Below are positions 12,401 to 27,400 of a DNA stretch of 64,000 bases, one piece after another. Where the stretch lies: the NCBI GenBank assembly GCA_050084985.1, contig JBITNC010000002.1, positions 4,588,001 through 4,652,000 of the forward strand. The letters are read 5' to 3'. Each line of letters opens with the position of its first letter. Position 1 is the first letter of the stretch. The notes beneath the pieces were generated by a model. The model had not been told where the DNA came from, ran no database searches, and saw only the letters and a list, made by a program, of their open reading frames with translations. The position numbers and the translations under genes are program-made. Source of the stretch: Nageia nagi (taxonomy: Eukaryota; Plantae; Pinophyta).

Positions 12401-15400
12401 GTTGTAATTTAAGCAGCCTTTGAATTGAGTGATTTTCGAACATTTCTGTAAGAGATGGCCTGTCAAAGCATTGTAGATGAATGAATTTTACAGCCAAAGG
12501 CACCATAATTGACTGTTGGTCTTTATTTCCTATCCACAGCTCTGTTACACCAATTCTTGATAAGTGCTTTTTGCGGTCGGACACGGTAAACCTTTTATCT
12601 CAGAAACTATATATGTATTATATCCACTTGCAGTAACACCATCTACAGCGGCCAAAGGTCCTGGAACCCTACTAAAATCTTCAACCACCCCCTTGCCAAA
12701 ATCGAGTAAAGCCCTCCCCAAACTTGTCACTATTTCCAGCGCATCACCTCCAGTATCCAAAGAACTCCCGGTAGGAATGTTCTGAACTCTCTGCAAACTA
12801 GTTCTCTGAACATTACGTTGAAGATTCACATGATTGGCATCTTCCTGCAATGAAAAATTATGTTGTTGTGACAAATTGATTGGATTAGACGTGGATTCTT
12901 GTTGAAGACGAAGATCAGCAAAACAGTATTCGAGAATATCAATGTATGTTTCAACCGATCGAAGAACAATGGATGTAGGTGAAGCCTTGAGTAAGTCTCT
13001 CACCATTTTAGGTGTTATTTCTCTCACTGCTACACCAACAGCCTCAATTTCTTTGACAAATTCCCATGGTACTGAAAACACAGGATAATGTTCTTTGATG
13101 AAGCTACAAACTGTTGCTGGTGGTGTGTGGTCTGCAGTTTCAACACCAGGAGTAGCAAGAAACATTCCTTCTTGAGCTTTTACTACAGAACCGCCATAAA
13201 GTTGCCAAACAGGCAGGTCAACAAGACGAGAATAGAAGGGTTTTATAACTTTTTCCACTATACAATCCCAGTCTGCAGACGGAACCATCAAAGAACTAGT
13301 ACAACCCTCATTAGTTTGAACTTGATTTGATGTTGAAACTTTGGATTTAGTTCTCGGCCAAAACGAATAAGCTCTATCAGTTGAGCTCTGAAAGATCCCA
13401 CTGACAGCTTGGGCAACAGACAACTCTACGCGAGAAGTTAAGGGATCCTTTCGAAGCCTCTGAAATTCCACCATCATTTCCACATATGAATCACGTACAC
13501 AAGCCATCAATTCCATATTCCAAGAGGCAATTAATCGATTGTTCATATCATGCTGATTTCTTGAGGTTTGATTTTCAAAAAGATGCCGCCCACCATTATG
13601 ACATGGAAGAAAACACCCAAAGATTGTCACTGGCAAGTTGACTGAGTAGCTCAATGGAAGGGGAGATAAGATGCAGCTATTTAAACAACTCCCAGAAGCT
13701 CTCCCATTTTGAGAAACATTTGCAGCAACACCAGCTATAGGAGCTAAGTTGTAAGACATATATCTCCTGTAACAAAAGGTATAAATAACTGATTTGTGTG
13801 CAAAGTATTATGTGATAAGATAAGTATATTAGCTTTCCCCTACTTCTAACACCATTGTTGTTGGTAATTCTCAAACGAATATTGTATTAGAAAAGAAATG
13901 AGTATAATTTTATAAATATAGGTATCATTCCATAAATACATCTCCAAAGTGAAATGGGTATAATTTTATATATATAGGTCATATATATGATATATGTCAT
14001 ATATTAATATTAAATTGGATACATATTAAATTGCGTTATGAATAATTGTAGTGGAATTTTTCATACTCTCCTAAAATCAATAAACTGTCACCAATCCCCA
14101 GACACACAACAATAAACTACTAAAGAATAGCCATGAGCTAGGGCAATAACCATATCAAACTCAATAGAGCCCCAATATCAATTCAAGTAAAGATTGACAC
14201 AGATATGAAAAAAAAACCCGATAAAAGATGGTTAAAGACTGAAATACGATTGATGAATTGGTAAAGAGGGAATGTATTTATAGCCAACAAAATTCCCAAA
14301 ACATCTGGAGTATTCAAATGTTGGCCATTGTTAAGGGACATGATTCACAATACAAAATGGCCCAGTATATAATGTCAACCTACTAATGCAGTAATAATGC
14401 AATAATGGAGTGCAAAAAGGAATAATCCACAAGGCAAACTTCAATGAAAAATAAATTACCATTTCAATAATCGTTTTGTAAGCATTAGGAAACTCATATC
14501 TTCATGCTGCTCAGTTGACCAAAAATATCGCAGAGATAAATGCATGGAAAACATATCATAAGAAGTTAACAAATATTTTTTTGGTTTTTCCTTTTTAGTT
14601 CTTAGAAATATTCCTATTAATTGAGCATTCCTATAATTGAAAAGCATTGATAAAGACCAGAAGACTGAAAATCACAGAAGCCAAACTCTTGATCAGCAAC
14701 AATTCGATGTGCCAAAGAGACTTTTTTGCTGATTTGGGAGTAAAATGGGAAAAACTTGGAAAAAAATAATCATTCAGAAATGAACAATGCTTAGAAATTT
14801 TGGACAAGCATTTTTTCCCAAGATTCCTATTGCTCACAAGCTATTTGTGAGCTCCCAACTTTGATCAGGTTTTCATAATTTTGGCTTCCAAGCTGAGTAG
14901 AGCTTTAGTTTGTCTCAAGAATAGGGGAAAGCAACAAGTGATCACGATTATCATGAGTTTTGCAACTATGACAGGAACTACAAATATGCCAAATTTGAGA
15001 CTCTCTTGAGGAATACTATCGAATTATCAATTACAATATATCAATCAAACTAAAATCTGAATCATCTATTAGTAACAAATAGAGAAAGTATGTGGTCAAC
15101 CTGAATAACTAAATGAGCGATCATCCTAAATACTAAAATTGACTCTCGTTTTCCATATTAGATCATATTTTTTTGAGAAAAACAAAAATTGATCATTTAA
15201 TGCAGGTTGTTGATGCTATCATCATCTGTCACAGTTATGCCTAATACCAATGCGACTATAGCCTCAATATTATCTTGGTTACATGATGATATACTCGCAT
15301 CAACTAAAAGTTTGAGGCCAATTATCATTTTCCAAGACAAGGGTATGCTACATTCAGATGCTATCCTGGCCAAAGCAGTTTAGGTTGTAGCTCCAGAGAC

Positions 15401-18400
15401 TGTATTACCACCTCCTTTTATCCTGTTCTAACAATACAGGGAATTAAACATTCGTTCATGGGTGATACGAGATGAGTGAGATCATAATGATGGGGGATTA
15501 AACCAAACTCTATTCAAAGTTCTAAATACTAATATTAGTTACTATTAGTTTTGATTACCACCACATTTGCATGTCTGAATGTAAGTCCTACGCTATATGT
15601 TACAATGAGAGACATGACTATAGAGATCAAGAGGTGTTCTCAAAGTTCCTTGACGCTCTAATTGTCCAGAAAAGTCAAATGTAACTACTGCCTTTTCGTA
15701 TTCCCAAACTCCATTGTGGAATCCTCCTTAAGCATTGGATGTGTTGGGCTTGAGATATACCTCCTTGAGGTATACCTTCTTAGAAGTTAAAAATATAGCC
15801 TGTGTAATGTCCCCATTTTGATATTAGTTCAATATGTCATTCACCTTATGTTCATGTTTTGAAGGTGAAGTGGGATGCCCTTTGTCTTCATGTGTTAAGA
15901 GACATATTATTATATTTTTAAGTTGTTGTAAGTGTGTTTTAAAGTATAATAAAGTAACTTAAGTCATTTTAGGAGAATCCATTATGGGGTATGTTACTTT
16001 GATATTGAATTTGATAATTGAAATTTTCAACTGAAACCCTATCTCTCCTTCTTTTGGATTTGGGAGATGTGTCCCAGTTCACTAAAGGACCCATTTTGAT
16101 GATTGAGGAGATGTGCCCTTGTTGTCAAAGTGGAAGTGGGTATATTCATTCAAAATCTACACTTCGCCATTCAAGGCAGTCATATTTGCAGCAGTTTCAG
16201 TGTAGTGTGCAAGTGTGTTGTGTGCATTTTCAGTTTTGGTGTTATGAGGCAGTTTCAGCGTCAGTATTCAGTTCAGCAAGTCTCTGGAGGAGTTCATCCA
16301 TCTTCTGGAGGGTTTTTATGGAGTTTTGTGACTATTTTCATCCCTAGAGAGGGATGTCCAGCCTGTAGTAAATTTATTTTGTGGTTTTGATGTCATATAT
16401 TTGAATATCCATTTGGTCGAATATTGTATCTCTCATTCCAGAAAAATTAAGTAAATTGCTGTGGTGATTTTGTGGTCATTTTCAGTTATTTTAGTAAAAT
16501 TTCTGCACATTTACAAATCTGAATTTTATTTCTGCATTTTTGGCTGAATAACCAAGTTAGGGTTATTACAGCCTGCAACAACATTGGTAGTACACTTTTA
16601 TAATACATGTTAAGATACTAAGATTAATGTAGTATATAATATTAAATTAAATGGACCAGCTAGAGTCACCAAAGTGGAACACTACCTGTGTAGTGACTGA
16701 CAATCAATCCATGCTTAGGACCAAGGAACTTAAAGAGAGAAATTACACAAACGCTTATTGCAGATATATATTGGCCAATGGGACATGAAAACATATCCAA
16801 TTACAATAATACTATGAACTCCTCAAAATTAACTAGTTCTGTGAATATGCAATTGAAAGCTTCTCTCAAAATTACATTTTCCACCATTTGATGCTGTTTT
16901 CAACTGAAACAGCAGTTTTCACAAGCACAAATCCTCAGAAAATAAAATTGAGACTTTATTCCGTTCTACATGCATACTAGCTTTGATTTCTGTTGATGAC
17001 TATGTTCTTTGCCTCTTAACTTCTTGAAGCCACATCTCTTTCTGTTTGCTGCTAAACTTCCATATCATATTTGCATTTTCGTTCTTGTTGCTTTTTGTTT
17101 CTTTATTTCTTTTCAATTAAAGTGTTCTTATCCATGCTTCACAAGACTTGTGTATACTTTGGATGTGCTATTTTTTATTAAGATCCAAAAAAACACTATC
17201 TCAGGACAACCATTATTTAATTTGTTTATGCTTATGTAGATCATATTTTAATATTCAAAAGTGGCCCATGTTTATGAAGCAAGAAATGAATTGTAATCAT
17301 TAAATAGTTTAATACTTTAATTTGATCTATGTTACTAATAAATAATAATATAACCAAGTTCCCTTTTGTGGGAGATGGGGCATGAGGCTACGGCTGGTTG
17401 GAAGACACTCCAGAATTTGGTAAAAAGGGGACAACTATTTAAAAAAAAATTGAAAACATAGAAAAATAAAAAGAAAATGAAAATTATAAAATAAGAACTT
17501 TGAACAATGCATTAATGTGAGGTGGTCATTGAGTTTTCATTAATTATTGAAGACAAAATAAAAATACATCATGCATTAAGATTTAAAATTCACTTTCTAA
17601 ATTCAAGATTTTTAAAGATATAACATCATACTTTCTATATACTACAACTTGCATCTCATATACACTTTTAAATTGAAACTTTGAACTTCTGATCTATTAA
17701 TATATACTATAAAATCTAATTCAACTCATAATTAATTCTTATTTAATAATTTTATACAAGATTTGTGCATTTAATTCCAGCGCATCCACAAAGTTATTTC
17801 AAATCTCATCATAACAAAAATATAAGCAATTTCTTGCAAATAAGTAATCTCAACCTCTTTCCCAATTACACACCTGTCCAAAGCCATATTTCGTGTCTGC
17901 CCAGAGCCAAGGGTAACAGCAACAAACCATCTATTGATAATTTTGTTTCCATCTTCAAGAATGCATACATCAAATGTATGCAATTTCGTGCCAACACTTG
18001 AACTGCTGAAAAGATTTGATAGTTGAAATTTCCTCCACTTTTTCTCATGGAAGAGACTCCTTAGTATAGCAACTGTTGGATCTACATGGACACTATACAC
18101 CTCAGATGGGTGGTGTTCTCCAACTTCCCATGTTAGCAAGTGTACCTGAAACAAATAAGCAAAAGAGCACTATGTTTGAAGAGAAAAAGATACCATCAAA
18201 AATAAAAATAAGAAGATTTTTTCAATTACTACTTGTATCAGTAAATTATGCTGCCATAAAGGACAATACTATAAACATTTGTTTATGTGAAGGTCTATTG
18301 GTAGAAACATTATCAAGGTAATCAAAAAAGGTTGAGAAAAACAAATGTAACATAGTGTTCTAAAGACAAATAGCACCTTTCCATCTGAAAATAAAAAAGT

Positions 18401-21400
18401 CAATCAATAGACAGTGCAAGAGGTTTCCTTTGACACGTGCACTCAAAATTTATTTGGACAATTCATTTTAAGTATCTTATGTCTGCTTGGGAAAAGGTTT
18501 AAGAGTTCCTCGATAATGGAAGCACTATGCGGTCATTTTTGAGACCTTTTTGTGTCTCTTGGATCTGGCTGCAAATAGCTGAGTAAAGGCTGTTATTTTT
18601 GGCTTGAGTGCTGATTGCTATGCAGCTTGTAAGAAAGTTAATTTAGAGCTGTCACATTTCATATCTTTTCCTATTTCTCACATCTAATTGTAAGAAAGTA
18701 TCTGGTCAATAAGAAAATTTACTATTTATTTTATTATTTAGCTCTTCTTCCAAAGTTTAATGCTGTTTTGAGTTCACTGCAATGTTGTGCTTGCACTAAG
18801 CCTCAAAGAAGACCTATGATGGTTACATTAGGCTGGCATGTGTTCAGAAAACATGGTATGCGTATAATAATGAGAAGAATAATTTCATAGAAGGCTATCC
18901 CTTATATTAGCCCCCCAAGAAACTGTCCTCGAGCCCATTCGGCCCAAGTAAATATTTCTCATATAACAATAGAAAGAGTATAATGCATATTTGGCCTTTG
19001 TGCACATGGCTTTCCTGGTAGACTCACTATCCATGGGCTAGCAATAGAATTAATGCTAAAATTAAATCTGCAGCATGCACATTGAATTTCATGTATTCGT
19101 ATGAAATTTCATGCACATTGAATTGCACTCAAACCTTACACACTATGTCTCAATATCCCAAAAAGTGCAAATAAAGCATTCAATCGAGGTTACAGGTAAG
19201 AACATTAAGTTTTGCATATCTTCTCTCATCTTGATAGGTCTAGATCTAATCCAATAATTAATTCAATTGTCCATATTATCTATCTCTTCATTGTTCTTAA
19301 TTATTGGAAAGTGAGAAAGCCACTTTTGAGAAGTACACCTGGCTACTTGAAGCATTCTAGCATATTTCTGCCCAGCCAGGTGCATGCAGCAGCCCGCAGA
19401 ACTGTTAATCTGCCCAGCTAGTTCCTCTGTCGTCAAAGTGTAGTCATATCCCTGAGGAAAAGTGTAAGGCATCATTGATCCAGGTATCCTAAGGAAGCTA
19501 CAGATCATAGATTGTTTCTACTGAGGTAATGAAATGTGTCTTGGATCTAGTAGTAGATGGAGCACCAAAGAATAAAGTGGTCGAGGGTTTCTATTTTAAT
19601 GTCAAAATGGAGAATTCTAAGCCAAATTAAGACAACCGAAATCTTGAACGAAAGTCTTGACATTATTAAAAAAAAATTCAAAAAAGCAAGAAAAATCAAA
19701 ATACTCCCCATGAGCAATGTGATCATCCATGCTAAGACAAAAATCAGAAAATTAAGCTTCATAAAATCAAAAAACATGAAAAAAAGGCAAATTTTAGGTC
19801 AATTTTTTTCTTTAAAGAAGAGGCCACATAGGAGGTTCCCACACCTCTAATTTTCCTAAACTCTGATTTTTCTTCTCTATCTAGCTCTATTTCATTTCAA
19901 GAACAAGATGCAACAGGTGGTAACAAAAATTTCAACCCTAAAGGCTCTCGTTTGTGTCTTCAACTCCAACCACGTGTTCAGGTACAAAGCAATAAAAAGG
20001 TCAAAAATTAGGTATATTAACCTTTCTTGTAAAAAACATTCAAATATTGTTGAACAATGTCATTTCACGATATTTCAAGTTGAAATTTATCAATATCAAT
20101 GTCATAATCACTATTATCTCCATTTATTGTGTTTCACCATTTAGTCTTTAGGGCATTAGAAGACCCATCATGGCAAACCCATGATGACATCATGCTACTA
20201 ATCATCTCCTTGAGTTGTTCATGCTTTCAAGAGTTGCTTAAAATTTCAAGATTATCTCTAATCATATTCATGCACTTAATTGGGACACTACCATTTCCCG
20301 TTTTGATCTCTAAGGCAACAAAAGATCCTTCATGCAAAAGAGTCTTGGCCCATTTTGATCTTTGGGTGGTAGAAGATACTCCATGCAAGAGTCATAGCGA
20401 CAACATTTGTCCATCATAAATCCTTCAAGGAGATGTCCTATTTCATATTTTTCATGCTTATCATAGTTTACCATATCATGTTTATCACTATATCAACATT
20501 CATTTATGTTTATCATGTTCATCTAAAAAAAGGGGGTGTCTAGTCGCTATCAAGAATTGCTAACATTCCACACATCATCTAAGGAAAAGCGCCAACCCTC
20601 CCAAACATCTTTACCCTTTCAGGACCTTTTTCTTATATTTTGCTTTGAATACCTTGTTTCAACCATGGTGCACAAGCAATCCAAAGCAAAATGGACAAGA
20701 AGGAAAGTGAAAACAAGGTACACCAACATCATATCATTCATTGTCATCATTGCTACAATCATTAAAGTATCATCAAAATTGGTAATATCTTTTTCTTTGT
20801 TCACATTGGCAATGTGATCTCAAATTCATCCACCACATCTCCAAAGGCAGCAAACCCTTGACGTCTAAGATTTATTTTTGCATTTAAATAAATACTAAAT
20901 TTAGATATCTAAATATGATTTATTACTTGAAAATATCAACAAAGTAAATTCAAATTTTATTTGATATGTTGGCTAATCTAATTTTAAATCATGTTCCAGT
21001 ATTAAAGGGAAAGCAAAGGTCATTTCAAATTTATCAATTCTCTTGATGAAAAACTACTCAATCTCTATTGATTTCTAAATGATTAAACTTGAGCAAAGAT
21101 TGTGATAGCCCTATCTTTCATTTCTCAAGCCCTTCATGATCATCAAAGCAAGGATGAATTCATGAAGAAGACATTGCCATTTTCTCATCAAATTTGAAGA
21201 TCTTTTCATGCCAAAACAGAGAACTTTCACCAGAATTAAGACAAGAGAACCCTAGAATGAATGTCCTAAATTGATCTTTCGGCTTCCACAACTTTTAGTT
21301 TTGCAAAATCCTCAAAAAACAGGACCATTATCGCACCTGCAAAAAATACAATATCGTTGACCCTTATGTGTTTGAAGAGTTTCAACCTGTTGTGACATTC

Positions 21401-24400
21401 ATTTCTCTATTTTAGGTATTGAATGCAATTTCTAAGGATTGTTTTTTCATTTCATCTTTGGTTTTGGGTACTAAACTACAAAGAGGAGCTTGATCATCAT
21501 CGAAATTGGTCCTAACTCCCTGCAAATCTAGGACATGCATCAAAACACCCCAAAACCTTGGATTTTCAAGGATCATTTGAGAGATTTTTGAGGCTTCACG
21601 AAAGGCTTAGAAACTTCTAAATCACATGCATAGGATTTGTTTTTCATGTTGATATATACTAAATCTAAATCTAGCACTGCTATGCTTATTTGGTTCAATT
21701 TGTCATAGATCTCTAGTGTACCCTAGTCTGCAAGTTTGTGCCATATTGTCATATCTTTCCATATTGCTATATCTATTTTTCATTAGTAGGCAAAATACAA
21801 TTTGCTAATTGCAAATTTATTTGTCTGCAGATGCAATCCTGCCTTAAAGTACATGAGAACAAGAACTTATGCAACAGAATAAAAATATTTCATCCTACCT
21901 AAAACGAAAATTGATTTGTCAAGGTGTTTCCATGTCAATTCCTAACAGTTAATTCTAAGCATTATGTACTGTTAAGACGGCCCTTCTCATGTTAGATTTC
22001 TTCATGTTTGTGTCTATAGACTACTAAAGGGTACCATTAACTATCAAAGGTTTATATAAATGAATGGTAATTTCCTCAATATCACAACTCTTGAATTCAT
22101 ATCCTTCAAAGGTTAAATAAGGCCTTGTATCTTCTATTCAATATTTATTAACCTATAATTTTTTATATTTTTCATTTTATGTGTTTGGAAAACAAAAAGA
22201 ATATTGATGTAGCCATGAAAACTTTAAGCAGCCATTGAATCAAATGGTAGGGATTTAAACCTAAATTGACTGCAAAATGCATATGATTTTTGAAGATTGC
22301 AACCAACATACAAAAGTAAGAAGGCACATATGCATTTAAATTTGTTAATAAGATAGTATAACCAGGAGCTAATTGCAGTACTTGAATGTAGTTGGTACAT
22401 TATTTAAGACTGATGAGAGAGAAGCGAAAGATCAAATACAAAAAAACATAAATATCACAAAAATGGAAGAAATGGTTCAGAAGTAACAAATAGATAAATA
22501 ATCATTCTCTTGCCCTTGATTTCCACCATAAAACCACTTTATCTGCAACTCAATTTCTACAAATCCCAGCACCACAAACAGATTAGAAGCAACCAATGTG
22601 CTAATGATAGTTTCTCCAAATGAGCATTATTAAAGAACCCAATTAAACCTAGAAGTCAAGATAGACCATCACTAAGATTGTTCTCGATGAATAGGTGATC
22701 CGAAATGGATTTCGGAGTCTTAAAAAAAGGTGATTTTTCAAGTTTATAATTTTGTTAATTATTCTCTTCCATATTAAAGAGCTATTTTCCATGATTCCAA
22801 TGCTTTAAACGGCAAATAAAACGGAGCTATGGTTTGTAAGTTATGGCTTTTCGAAATTTGGAGTTAAATATAAAAATGCAAAATATGCATGGAAGGCTCT
22901 ATTGATGGATTCACCAGAAACAGCTTAGGTGGATTCATAGCTTGCAATTTGAATCATTGGTACCTCGTATTTCATGACAGTCAAAATTTTGACAGCTGCT
23001 AAGTGCAAATCTGCGTTGGAGACCAACTTGATGACGATGCTTGGATCTACCAATAAGGATTTAAAGTGTGAAATTTGGACCAGTTAAGCTACTTATATCC
23101 AAGAACACCTGGATGAAATTTCGTGACATTTAGAATTATGGTCATGAAGTTGTGGTCATGCCAAAATGGCAGCAAAAGTAGTTTTGCAAAATCCAAAAAG
23201 ATAGAAGAATATAACCATATGAGGCCAAAACAATGCTACAGTAATACAAATGAGGGAGATTATTGTTGTGAAGATGAGAGAGCATATTGTAAAGGAGGAA
23301 AAATAACAAATATAATCTTATCACCATGTAACCATAAACTCCAAATTTGTAATCCGTTAATGTTATAAAAGGGAATATGGAGTATGAAAAAAAGTTAAGT
23401 CCTTTAGTATGGATTTCCTCCCTAGGGGAGTGAGTTAGTGTAGGTTTGAAAAGAATGTAGAAAACTCCATTTTATTGTAAACTCCATGAAAAATAACATA
23501 TTGCAGGTGCATTTCAAGTTTGCACAGAAGAAGAAAAAGATCATGGACAATATTATTGCTATGGAGAAAGAAGTGGACGACATAATCGCCACGATGAAAA
23601 GAAAAAAAAGATAAAGAATAGTTCTAAAGATATCATCCTGGGATAAGAGACGTGGAACTATGCTCAAGGACTTTCGTTGAAAAGAGTGTCGTCTTCAATA
23701 AAGGGATTCAGTGGAGAGCCTACAGTGATCGTGTGATTCGGCTTCGAAAAATAAAAGAGTGAAGCAAGAAGGACTATACAAGTGACATTGTAAAATGGAT
23801 TCTACAATAATGGATTGTTATTTGCTAGATGTAGACCACATCGATCGAACCAAGGTAGCTATGTGTGTACATCAATAAACTGAAATTTTTTAGAAGCAAA
23901 AATTAAAGATAATAGAATAAGAGACCTAATATAAGATGCATTTTCTTCACAAAAGAAGTTGTTCGACCATTGGACTCTAACAGATATAGATATAATCATT
24001 TGAATATTTATATGTTTTAACTAATAGCAAATATTTTTCCATGATACAATTTCAGGGGATAGCTTTAAGTACACCTCAGCTTCCTCAAAATTAATATACA
24101 ACGAACAACAAAAAGATTGAAAATTCTGGGACATGCTGCTTTAACATTCCTGATTACTATCTTACAATCCAGATAACTGTATTACCTAGGAAAAAAAACT
24201 GTATTTCATGTAACATTTTCAGACTTATATTACCTGTTCGACTGACTTTAGAAACAACAATGAAGCAGAAGCATGTGCTTTAAATTTTTCAAATATATGC
24301 ATGATTTGCTCAGCACCGTCTACCACATCCATTTCTGCAACTCTAGATTTCAGTGGCATACGAACAATCGTAGAATCTGACAATTTCCATGAATGTGTTT

Positions 24401-27400
24401 CGCCAACATACAGTGGACGAAACTGGTCATGGAACCTTCCAGGCAAATCTGTACCTGCAACACATGCAAACCTCAATATAGCAGAACAAAAGACAACCCT
24501 CAGTAGTTAATTGAAGTTACATCACACATTCATCTTTAAACATATCATGTTAATACCAGCTTTGAAGAAACCATATTTATATAGGCAAAACATGTACATA
24601 AGAGTCGAACAATGAGCTTTCAAATCATGGCCCTCCTAAAGCTAAACTTACAAGCATGAAGTACTACTCCAGTGAAGCAGTTCAAAGATAAAGTCACATA
24701 CGCCCAAAACTATGATTACAATTAGCATAAGGCTGTACTGCTTCTGATCAAAACAAAGTATAGGTTCCAAAGGCTCTTTTCAAGCATACTGAGCAATAAT
24801 ACCAAAAGGAGCTTGATTATCAAAAACATATGGTTCAAAAAACCACTCTTCTTGGGTTGGCAATGCACCCTTATGACCAATCAAGTAAGTAGTGATAGTT
24901 CGTTGCCTGGTAGTATAAGTGGGAACCTCAAGAAGGGTGTCTGCACCAAAACAAGGTTGAAAATTTGGAATATTATGCTTAGGATGAGACAGTGGAACTT
25001 TTGCTTCCGGGTAAGGTGGCTCATACCATTTTAACTTATTGACATTAATGACAGCATGAATGCCAAGTTGAGATGGGATATCAAGTTTGAAGGCATTCTC
25101 TCCTATCCACTGGGTACTAGTATAAGAGCCATATCAAATAGGTTTGAGGTTATGATGATGTTGACCCTTGAATCTTTGCTTATCCATATAAAGAAAACTT
25201 GGAAGGTGGAAGGAATGTGATGCTTATCATGAAGCTCCTTATACTTAGCCTGAGAAACTGGAAGAGCTGCCTCTGCTTATGTGAGAATCTATGCCAAGTT
25301 TTATATAAAATGAAAAGCATGGTCTTATTCCTATTGCTGATGTGTTGAAGAAGCTGAAGGAAGAGAGACTGGAATCTCTTAGGGAGCAACAAGTTGAAAG
25401 CCATAGCATACTTCAAAAGGTGAATAACTTGTAAAAACATGTATAGACCGATTACAGCTATGCTACAATACATGAAGGTAACTATCCCACTACTTATTCT
25501 TGCTGTAGTATATCCTAAGAAAGAAGAAAATATATTAATGTCCACAGGTAACCAAAAAATGGGTCAATGGGACTCAAAGATACAATCCAATTAATAGAAA
25601 GTGTTAGGGTTTGCAAACCCTAGGGACTAACAAAGCAACTATAAAAGCTAAACAAACGAGAGTCTATCATCAAAAAAAAGGATAGTGAATATTCGACCAC
25701 ATATAAAGGGCCTATACAGTAATGTGACAAGTCCATAGCAGTGGAAAAGGTAGCATCATCATCCACCAATGATGACTCGAAAGTAAGAAGACCAAGTTGG
25801 GTCTCCCTAGAATCACTCCTAACATCCAAGGCCAAAGGATCCTCTATAATAGAGAGAAAGCTAGTGATGTACAATTGTCTCCCTAACTTGGGGTGCACGT
25901 TGGAGGGAATAAATGGTTTGTGATGACAAGCAGTGGCGGTAAGTGACATTGAGGGCAGAGATAAGACTGTTGGAGTACATTGGTAGTTGTTTGTGAAGGT
26001 AGACATTGTAGCACTAACCTATTCCTGCTAGCCTACTGGGTGGTACTGTATGAGGGGCATTTTGTGCCTCTAAAGTTTAAGATGGCTAGAAAAAGGAGTT
26101 GATCAACCTAATGGTCCAAGGGATCTTTTTAGTGGACTGTTGTAGAGCATTATGTCTTAAGATAGTAACCTCTCGAAGGAAAAGGGCCAAACATCTTTGG
26201 TTAGGATAGTAGAAAAAAGTGGATAAGAAGCCTCTAAATCCTTTGTATAAACAATGTGTTGGGATGTTTTCCTTTCCTCTTACAATGACCACCTAGGGTG
26301 ATAAATGGAAAGGCATCCAACATGTGGTCAAGGCTGCGTGACTAACCTCCACTTGCAAGGACTAGTTACCCCAAGGTTTCTATATCTCAAAGTGTGGTGT
26401 ATGGTGGTGATAAGAACTTGGAATGACTCAATGGAGAGGAGAGACAGCAACTGTTACCACATTTTATTATGGGCACTGGAGTTGTTTTACACCAATTGAA
26501 AGGATAGACTTTTGATGGTAAAAGAAAAAAGAAAAAATAACAAAGTAAAGGTAAAAGGAAGTGCAAAGTGGGAATGATGGCACACAAGGTGAGTTCATTC
26601 AAGGACGGGTTCACCAATGGATCAATGGTTAGATCACCTTCTCTCCAAGTTTATTATGATGTGCCTAATCACTTATCCAATCCCTATCACAAATGACTAA
26701 ATCCAAGTTGCAAGCAAGACGGAGCCTATAGCAATGTTACCAAGTGCAATAACATGAGCAACATATCAAACCAAACAACATAGAAGGAACTTCACTAGCA
26801 TATCCATTTGCATGCGAAAGAGCAAATAATGTTTATTAAGTGGCAATCACACAACTTCTTAAGGTATTCCTTCAACTTTCTCACAAGTATACAATCACAA
26901 GACATGCACACAAGTCATATAACAATCACAAGTAAACACCAAGTACAAGTACTCAAGTCCAGAATCCCATTAAGTGAAACAAAGTCCTGATGTATCAAAT
27001 TATGCTCAACATTCACACAAAAGAAAGAAAGAAAGAAAGTATATTAATGTCCACAAATGACCAAAAGTGGTCAATGGGACTGTCAAGTACAATCATGCAC
27101 ATAGTGCCAACAAAGCCCAAAATGGGTAGCAACTAAGAAAAACCTAAAAGCATAGAGAATGACATAAACAAATACAACCACATAGAGGTACCAACCCTAC
27201 GAGGAAGGGGATACAACATCTGGAACCACCAAAGAGAGGCCATCATAGGCCTCTCCAGGGGGAAGTATGGTAGTACTCTCTACTCCGAAGAGGGTTCTCG
27301 ATGAACTATGGGAGATATGTCTATGGTACTGTCGATGGTCAAAAAGAAGGATGTGCTCTGTCGATTCGATGTAGTCGGGGTGCGTTGGATACGTCTTTTG

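Noticed and set aside
12560-12585. Programmed -1 ribosomal frameshift
   Set aside because: A AAA AGC is not a canonical X XXY YYZ heptamer, and a second unrelated indel in the same gene points to sequence error.
22660-24060. DNA transposon-like segment in intron 6
   Set aside because: Subterminal-like motifs only; no TIR pair, TSD or transposase identified.
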